DNA of 64,000 nucleotides from Spirochaetia bacterium (lineage in GTDB: Bacteria; Spirochaetota; Spirochaetia; SZUA-6; Bin103): positions 320,163-384,162 of the forward strand of contig CBDCDL010000001.1 in the NCBI GenBank assembly GCA_965215345.1, read 5' to 3'. Both the position numbers and the translations under genes were made by a program. The notes beneath the pieces were generated by a model. It saw only the letters and a list, made by a program, of their open reading frames with translations. It ran no database searches and had not been told where the DNA came from. Shown one piece after another: positions 58,860 to 64,000 of the stretch (position 1 is the first letter of the stretch; each line of letters starts with the position of its first letter).

Positions 58860-59892
58860 GTCGAGGCTGACCGCCCCCGCGCGCGAGCAGTGCGGAGAGT
58901 CGGTCGGCCAGGCGCCGGCCCATCTCCAGCATGCCGTGGTCGGCGGGGTGGATGAGGTCGGCGCTCAGGCCGCTGATGTCGGTGAGCAACTCGGGTCCTT
59001 CGAGCAGATGCGCGTTCGCGTGCCCGGTCGCCGCCACCGCGTCGCGCAGCGATTGCCGGTACTCCTCCGGCGTGCCGCCGTACTGGCCCGCCGGCTCCCA
59101 GCCGAAGTCGCGGTAGTAGGGCCAGAGCGTGATGCACGCCACCGGCCTGCCGGCATTGGCGCCGGCCACGCGGTCGACCAGGTACTGCACGCGCCGCCGG
59201 AACTCCGCCATCGGGAAGCCCTGCATGTTCACCGACAGGCCCAGGCTGGCGATCTGCCAGTCGGTACGCCCGGCCATGTAGTCGGCGATCTCCGGTTCGC
59301 AGTGGGCGGAGCCGGCCACCCCCAGGTTGATCAGGTCGGCGCCCAGCCGGCGCGCCGCATGACCGACGTAGGTCAGGTGCGGCCCCTCGGCGAAGTAGCC
59401 GTGCGTGATCGAGGTGCCGTAGGTGAGCAGGCACAGTGACGGCAGCTCGTCCGCCGCCGGCGGGCGGACCTCCTCGCCTTCGACCCCGTGCAGCAGCACC
59501 GGATCGCGCTCCGGGCCTCCCAGGACCAGCCGCACCACGCGCGGCGAGAACGCCATGCCGGCCGTGTGGCGGTCGGGCAGGGCGTCGAGCGCCTCGCTGG
59601 GGGTGACCTCGATCGTCTGCGGCTCACGGCCGACGATCGCGCGCTGGAACGAATCGAAGGCGCCGAAGAAGACGCTGACGCGGGTCTGGCCGTGCGAGGA
59701 CAGCGTCACCCGCGAAGGTCCCGTGGCCACGTAGCGGATCTCGGCGTTGTCCGGCTGCAGGACGCAGAGCTGCGCGCCGGGGTTGAGCGCCTTGCGCACC
59801 GTCTCCGGCACACGCTGCAGCCGGTAGCCGCCGCGGCGCGCCTCGTAGTGCAACTCGGCGACGTTGTGCAGCTCGACGTGGTCGTGAATCAT
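58840..59892 (-). CDS. SGNH/GDSL-family hydrolase with an extra N-terminal ~150 aa domain.
   Basis: 350 aa. Block I LTYGTSITHG (GDS-like with Ser nucleophile); block V DLIHPADHG (DxxH). Confidence 0.7.
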   Translation of the reverse strand: MIHDHVELHNVAELHYEARRGGYRLQRVPETVRKALNPGAQLCVLQPDNAEIRYVATGPSRVTLSSHGQTRVSVFFGAFDSFQRAIVGREPQTIEVTPSEALDALPDRHTAGMAFSPRVVRLVLGGPERDPVLLHGVEGEEVRPPAADELPSLCLLTYGTSITHGYFAEGPHLTYVGHAARRLGADLINLGVAGSAHCEPEIADYMAGRTDWQIASLGLSVNMQGFPMAEFRRRVQYLVDRVAGANAGRPVACITLWPYYRDFGWEPAGQYGGTPEEYRQSLRDAVAATGHANAHLLEGPELLTDISGLSADLIHPADHGMLEMGRRLADRLSALLARGGGQPRPTCPTR

Positions 59893-59902
59893 GCGGCCCG
59901 TA

Positions 59903-60961
59903 TCATGCCGGATGCCGTTCGCGGAGCTGTCCGGCGGCGGAGCACATCGCCTTGAGCTTCAGGTACGCCTCGTCGACCGGGATCGGGTTCTGCACCGACG
60001 GGGCGAAGCCGCAGTCGGGGTTGAGCACGATCCGCTCCTTGTCCACGTAGCGCATGGCGGCCTCCACGCGAGCCACGATCGTCTCCGGGGACTCGATGGC
60101 CTCGTCGCAGTGGTCGACGCAGCCGAGCCCCAGGCGCGCGTCCCGGTGGAAGCCGGCCAGCGACTGGATGCCGCCCGCGTCCGGCGTGGCGTACTCCATC
60201 AGGATGGTGCCGACCCGCGCGCGGGCCAGGGCCGGCATGATCGGGTCGTAGGACCCGGAGGTGCTGTGCCGGTGCTGGAAGTGGGCGTGGCACAGATGCA
60301 TGGCGGTGTCGATGCCGGCGACCCCTTCCAGGGTGCGGTTGAGCAGGTCGATGCAGAGCTCCATCTCCGGCTCCGGATCGCCGATGCCCTCGCCGGCGCG
60401 GAAGTCCGGGTCGACCATCACGCTCAGCCACGGCTCGTCGAGCTGGACGACGTCGGCGCCGGCGGCGCGCACCGCCTCGATCTCCCGGCGCAGGATCGGC
60501 ACCATCGCCTCCATCAGGTCCTGGCGTCGGGGGTAGGCGTCGCGCGAGTGGTCGGGGTGCCACATGCGCCGGCCGATGATGTACGGCGCCGGCAGCGTGA
60601 TCTTGAGCCGCCGCGTGGTGCGCGGGCGGGCGAACGCCACCTCCTCGGCGGCGATCGGTCGGTGGTACTCGAGCGGCTCGACCACTGCGGGGTAGGGAAT
60701 GTTGCTCATGTTGAGGTCGTTGCGGAAGCCGCGCACCCGCTCGGCGACCACCTTGACGTAGCTCTCGCGCCGCCACTCACCGTCGGTGACCTCGTCCAGG
60801 CCGGCGCGTTCCTGCAGGGAGATCGCCATGGCGACGGCCCGGTCCAGGTGGGGGGCGGCCTCCTCCTCGGAGATGCGGCCGTCCTTGCGGTCCAGGATCA
60901 GCTCGCGCAGCCACTCCGGCCGCGGCAGGCTGCCGACGACGGTGGTGGGAAACAGCGCCAT
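59903..60961 (-). CDS. Cobalamin-independent methionine synthase MetE C-terminal-domain-like protein (UROD/MetE-like family, short form).
   Basis: 352 aa. Strong RBS AGGAGG. Hallmark N-terminus TTVVGSLPRPEWL; Zn-ligand region H..H...C...E..CGF (LCHAHFQH ... PDCGFAP). Confidence 0.8.
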   Translation of the reverse strand: MALFPTTVVGSLPRPEWLRELILDRKDGRISEEEAAPHLDRAVAMAISLQERAGLDEVTDGEWRRESYVKVVAERVRGFRNDLNMSNIPYPAVVEPLEYHRPIAAEEVAFARPRTTRRLKITLPAPYIIGRRMWHPDHSRDAYPRRQDLMEAMVPILRREIEAVRAAGADVVQLDEPWLSVMVDPDFRAGEGIGDPEPEMELCIDLLNRTLEGVAGIDTAMHLCHAHFQHRHSTSGSYDPIMPALARARVGTILMEYATPDAGGIQSLAGFHRDARLGLGCVDHCDEAIESPETIVARVEAAMRYVDKERIVLNPDCGFAPSVQNPIPVDEAYLKLKAMCSAAGQLRERHPA

Positions 60962-61015
60962 ACTCAGGTACCTCCTGTGTCATGTCTCTACGCGGGTGGT
61001 TGCTGGCCTCTTCGG

Positions 61016-61231
61016 TCAGGCGGTCACCGGTGATAGGGTATATACCTTGCCGTGTGCCGTGGCCGACGCGATGTCTCCTCGCCGCAGTGATTCTCTTACG
61101 TCGTCGAGCTTGTATGCATCTTCCTGGGATAGATATGGCGACCACTCATGGTCGGTGGTCAGCACCTCTACCTCCACTTCAGCAATATAGCGACCCTCAT
61201 GGATCAGTTTCCGGCGGATACGCTTCTTCAT
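61016..61231 (-). CDS. Small protein, a possible partner of the DUF4258-like gene in a two-gene TA-like pair.
   Basis: Internal Met MKKRIRRKLIHEGRYIAEVEVEVLTTDHEWSPYLSQEDAYKLDDVRESLRRGDIASATAHGKVYTL. 4-nt overlap with the upstream gene. Family not recognised. Confidence 0.35.
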   Translation of the reverse strand: MKKRIRRKLIHEGRYIAEVEVEVLTTDHEWSPYLSQEDAYKLDDVRESLRRGDIASATAHGKVYTLSPVTA

Positions 61232-61422
61232 CGGATTCTCCTTCGGAGGTCGTCGAGTCTGTCTCTCTGCACAACGAGCACGCACGGGCCTTTTGGGTAT
61301 TCAGGATAATCCTCCGCGACGGTGGCTCGAAAGACTCCATTCACAACTTCCCGAGCGGTAAGCCCGTCTTCTGCGAGCTCATCGTATCCGTGTTCTGATA
61401 CACGCACGTCACCTTTCATACG
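61228..61422 (-). CDS. DUF4258-like small protein (candidate toxin component).
   Basis: Start taken at the internal Met MKGDVRVSEHGYDELAEDGLTAREVVNGV...AEDYPEYPKGPCVLVVQRD, which resembles DUF4258 consensus (H-A-R/ERGI..EV..V). The 17 upstream codons of the ORF fall in the insertion-boundary repeat and are rejected. Confidence 0.45.
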   Translation of the reverse strand, partial: RMKGDVRVSEHGYDELAEDGLTAREVVNGVFRATVAEDYPEYPKGPCVLVVQRDRLDDLRRRIR

Positions 61423-61433
61423 CGCGCGGCGGC

Positions 61434-61448
61434 GCTCACCGCCAGCGG
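61434..61448 (+). repeat. Copy A of a 15-bp perfect direct repeat, GCTCACCGCCAGCGG.
   Basis: Exact match to 62814-62828. The two copies sit precisely at the edges of the low-GC ATPase gene segment. Confidence 0.5.
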
Positions 61449-61463
61449 CTCGGCCCGTGGTGC

Positions 61464-62699
61464 TCAGCGCCAAGCCGAGGAAGTCTCGCGGTCCTGGCGC
61501 CGGATGAACTTGCCCAGAAGTGGCACGGCAAACGAATACCTCCCATGCCGGTTCTTGAACACAAGGCCCTGCGCGGCCAGCGCCACGAGCATCTGGTTGA
61601 CGTGGCTGCTGCTGAACGGTTTGCCGGAGGATCGTTTCGATTTCTCGACGACCTCCTGAACGGTGAACTCCTCGTCACAGCTCGGCAGGTGGGATATCAC
61701 GGAGAGCAGTTCCCGCTGGCGGTCCGTCGCGCGCGCCCAGCGGCCCGCGAAGAAGTCGGTATCCAGTTTCCGTTCGATCTCGGCGGCAGGCACCAGCGCC
61801 GGATCGCCCCGGTCGATCTTCTGAATAGAGGTGTCGTACACCTCTCTGCAGATGAACTGAATGAAGTATGGATATCCGCCTGACATGTCGATGATCAGAT
61901 CCACGGAGTTGCCGTCGAGATGTACTGGACAGTCGGCGTCATCCACCGGCCGGCGTATTGCGTCTTCACTCTCTTCCCTGTTCAGACTGTGCAGAAACAC
62001 GACTTTGAACATTCGCTCGGAAAAGGTCCGCGCCTCCACGAGCTTGGGGAACAGGGTCGGCAGGCCGGTCAGGACCAGCATCAGAGGGAGTCCCTTTCGT
62101 TGCAGCGACTGGAAGGTGTCGAGCAGCAGGGACAGCGGATACTGCTCCTTGGCCGACTGGTCGGCGAGGTTCTGTGCTTCGTCGTAGGCGAAGACGACCC
62201 CGCGCACGCTCCCTGATCGCGAGAGGGCGGCCCAAGTGATTTCCAGCACGGCCTTGAGCTTGTCGAGGGCGAGACCGGCAGTGCGGTGGTAGATGTCGAG
62301 GAGTTCGTCATAGCCAAGCGTGCGCTGGATGGTCTGTGCGGGCGCGGCGAATCCCGCGGGCCGTACCTCGTCGGTCGCAATGATCACGCCGGCGGTGACC
62401 GGCGCCAGATCGGTGCAGAGCCGTATGGCCATGGTTTCCTCGCCTACGCTGGTGGACTCCGAGATGTCGGTTCCGACCCAGACCCAACCCCGGCGGATCG
62501 CCTCCGGCTTGAACGAATCGAGCAGAACCGTCTTGCCTACCCCTCGAAGTCCTGTGAGAACCATGTTCTCCATGATCGTCGTCTGTCCGAGCAGCCGCAG
62601 AAACTCCCGGCGCTCCTCCTGCCGCCCGGCCAGGTACGGCGGTGGGTGGCCTGCCCCAGGGCGAAACGGGTTCGAGAAGTCGGTCATGGCGATGCTCAC
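61464..62699 (-). CDS. ATP-binding protein of the archaeal-type ATPase family (pfam01637/AAA-like, STAND-adjacent), with a C-terminal winged-helix-like region.
   Basis: 411 aa. FSNPFRPGAGHPPPYLAGRQEERREF...LTGLRGVGKTVLL (P-loop); VVFAYDEAQNL (Walker B region). Lower GC than its neighbours. AT-rich promoter upstream. Confidence 0.7.
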   Translation of the reverse strand: MSIAMTDFSNPFRPGAGHPPPYLAGRQEERREFLRLLGQTTIMENMVLTGLRGVGKTVLLDSFKPEAIRRGWVWVGTDISESTSVGEETMAIRLCTDLAPVTAGVIIATDEVRPAGFAAPAQTIQRTLGYDELLDIYHRTAGLALDKLKAVLEITWAALSRSGSVRGVVFAYDEAQNLADQSAKEQYPLSLLLDTFQSLQRKGLPLMLVLTGLPTLFPKLVEARTFSERMFKVVFLHSLNREESEDAIRRPVDDADCPVHLDGNSVDLIIDMSGGYPYFIQFICREVYDTSIQKIDRGDPALVPAAEIERKLDTDFFAGRWARATDRQRELLSVISHLPSCDEEFTVQEVVEKSKRSSGKPFSSSHVNQMLVALAAQGLVFKNRHGRYSFAVPLLGKFIRRQDRETSSAWR

Positions 62700-62711
62700 C
62701 TACGTCAATCC

Positions 62712-62748
62712 TGTAGATTGAATTTAGTCTAATATATTTATTTAGTCA
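62712..62748 (-). promoter_or_regulatory. Sigma-70-like promoter for the ATPase gene: TTGACT, a 17-nt spacer, then TAAATT.
   Basis: Minus-strand read TTGACTAAATAAATATATTAGACTAAATT in an AT-rich 60-bp island within GC-rich DNA, ~20-50 nt upstream of the ATG. Confidence 0.45.
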
Positions 62749-62813
62749 ACGGAATCATAGGATGTCAGGTTCGGGATGCGGATGCCGCCGTTCCACGGGC
62801 CCCCCCGAGCGCG

Positions 62814-62828
62814 GCTCACCGCCAGCGG
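62814..62828 (+). repeat. Copy B of the 15-bp direct repeat GCTCACCGCCAGCGG. It overlaps the stop codon of the NHL-repeat gene.
   Basis: See copy A. Confidence 0.5.
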
Positions 62829-64000
62829 AGCACCTTGAGCCGGTTGTTGAAGTGGTCAGCGAAGAGCAGGTGGTGGTCCCCGTAGCGCCGGATGCCGCCG
62901 AGGTGGTTGAAGCGGGCGCTTGCGGCCGGGCCGGAACCGGTTTCGCCGGCCTCGCCGCAACCGGCAAGCGTACGCAGCTTGCCGGTCGCGGTCAGGCAGC
63001 GGATCAGGTGGTTGCCGGAGTCGGTGAAGAACAGCGTGCCGTCCGGTGCGACGTCGAGCCCGCGTGGGGTGTCGATGCGTGCGCGCCGCGGGTCGCTCCC
63101 GTCTGTGGCGTACCCGGCCGTGCCGTCTCCGATCACGGTGTCGATGAGCCCGTTCGGTGCCACGCGGCGGATGACGTGGCAGGCGCTGTCGGCGAAGTAC
63201 AGGCTGCCGTCAGGCCCGAACGCGATCGCCGCCGGCGTGCCGACGCGGGCGGCCGTGGCCGCGCCGCCGTCCCCGGCGTAGCCGGGCAGGCCGATGCCGG
63301 CCACCGTGGTGATGATGCCGCTCCGAGGATCGATGCGCCGGACGCGGCCCACCTCGTCGCCCAGGTAGAGCGCGTCGTCCGGGCCGTAGCGGACGGACAC
63401 CACCTCCACCACGCCGGCGCTGATCGCCGGTCCGCCGTCACCCTTGTCCCAGGGCTGGCCGATGCCGCACACGGCGCGGATCGTCCCGTCCGGGTCGACC
63501 ACGCGAACGTGCTGGTGGCGGTTGTCGGCGACGGCGATCCGCCCGTGCCGGTCGACCGCCACGTCGGACGGGTTGCCCAGGTAGGCGCCGGTCGCCGGCC
63601 CGCCGTCGCCGCCGTAGGCGCGCGCGCCGTTGCCGGCGATGGTGGTGATCGTGCCGCTGGCGGCGTCGATGCGGCGTACGCGCTGGTTCCAGCGGTCCGC
63701 GAACAGGATGGAGCCGTCGGCCTCGATGTCGATCCCCAGCGGGCCGCGCAGGTACGCGCCCCCCGCTGCCCCGCCGTCGCCGATGCCGGTGCCGCCCAGC
63801 ACGGTGGTGACGATGCCGGTGGCGCCGTCGTAGCGGCGTAGCCGGCCGGAGCAGTCGCCCCACAGCACCGTGCCGTCCGGGTCGGCCCAGATCCCGGACT
63901 CGACGGAGTTGCAGCCGGTCCGGCTGCCGTGCCGGCCCTCCTCGCCCCAGGCCGGCACGCCGTTGCCGACCAGGGTGGTGACGATGCCGGTGGCGGCGTC
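62816..64000 (-). CDS. NHL-repeat beta-propeller protein. It is 5'-partial, with the N-terminus beyond the window end.
   Basis: The ORF runs to the window edge. Repeated G.GDGGPA..A.L..P.GIA.D..G..Y.AD..N..IRR units (at least six). Confidence 0.75.
   Translation of the reverse strand, partial: DAATGIVTTLVGNGVPAWGEEGRHGSRTGCNSVESGIWADPDGTVLWGDCSGRLRRYDGATGIVTTVLGGTGIGDGGAAGGAYLRGPLGIDIEADGSILFADRWNQRVRRIDAASGTITTIAGNGARAYGGDGGPATGAYLGNPSDVAVDRHGRIAVADNRHQHVRVVDPDGTIRAVCGIGQPWDKGDGGPAISAGVVEVVSVRYGPDDALYLGDEVGRVRRIDPRSGIITTVAGIGLPGYAGDGGAATAARVGTPAAIAFGPDGSLYFADSACHVIRRVAPNGLIDTVIGDGTAGYATDGSDPRRARIDTPRGLDVAPDGTLFFTDSGNHLIRCLTATGKLRTLAGCGEAGETGSGPAASARFNHLGGIRRYGDHHLLFADHFNNRLKVLRWR

Noticed and set aside
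46320-58900. Long tandem repeats, considered as a CRISPR array or satellite.
   Set aside because: The repeats are 400-1600-bp protein-coding units (domain repeats and whole-gene duplications) in continuous ORFs. There is no short repeat-spacer architecture.

Overview
This is a very GC-rich bacterial chromosomal segment, roughly 68-70% GC judged by eye, with frequent GTG/TTG starts and 4-nt start/stop overlaps. Taxonomy cannot be fixed from sequence alone. Most of the window is housekeeping or catabolic:
- a FadB/FadJ-type beta-oxidation enzyme;
- two CUT1/Lpl-type sugar ABC uptake loci;
- an E1beta-E1alpha 2-oxoacid dehydrogenase module;
- a tdh-kbl threonine catabolism pair;
- a sugar-acid type cluster (TIM-barrel isomerase, SDR, enolase-superfamily, aminotransferase);
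- aldo-keto reductases, an amidohydrolase, a Gfo/Idh/MocA oxidoreductase and a VOC protein.

Accessory and decayed elements are interspersed:
- a low-GC island at 1-3.1 kb with two glycine-zipper/coiled-coil proteins and an IS5/IS1182-like transposase stump;
- at least six toxin-antitoxin loci, several of them degraded;
- a Uma2 endonuclease;
- ATPase and nuclease pseudogenes bracketed by 66-nt repeats;
- a decayed partial duplicate of the fadB/J gene.

The most notable region is 40.7-54.0 kb. It holds a complete polyprenyl-phospho-arabinose (DPA-type) donor pathway: a HAD-UbiA fusion split by a 21-G homopolymer, GtrA, DprE1 and DprE2. In the same gene run are two paralogous GT-C membrane glycosyltransferases. 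Their C-termini carry 5 and 3 tandem copies of a ~125-150 aa Cys-containing repeat domain that I cannot assign to any family, including a perfect ~819-bp tandem duplication.

Other candidates:
- a tandem triplicated AAA-ATPase plus PD-(D/E)XK nuclease-like gene array (54-58.9 kb);
- an XPB helicase coupled to a 791-aa partner with an RNA-polymerase alpha-CTD-like motif;
- a low-GC 1.37-kb ATPase cassette flanked by 15-bp direct repeats.

No rRNA, tRNA or CRISPR array was recognised. All functional calls are from motif recognition by eye, with no database searches run. Coordinates I derived myself for start codons may be off by a few nt.
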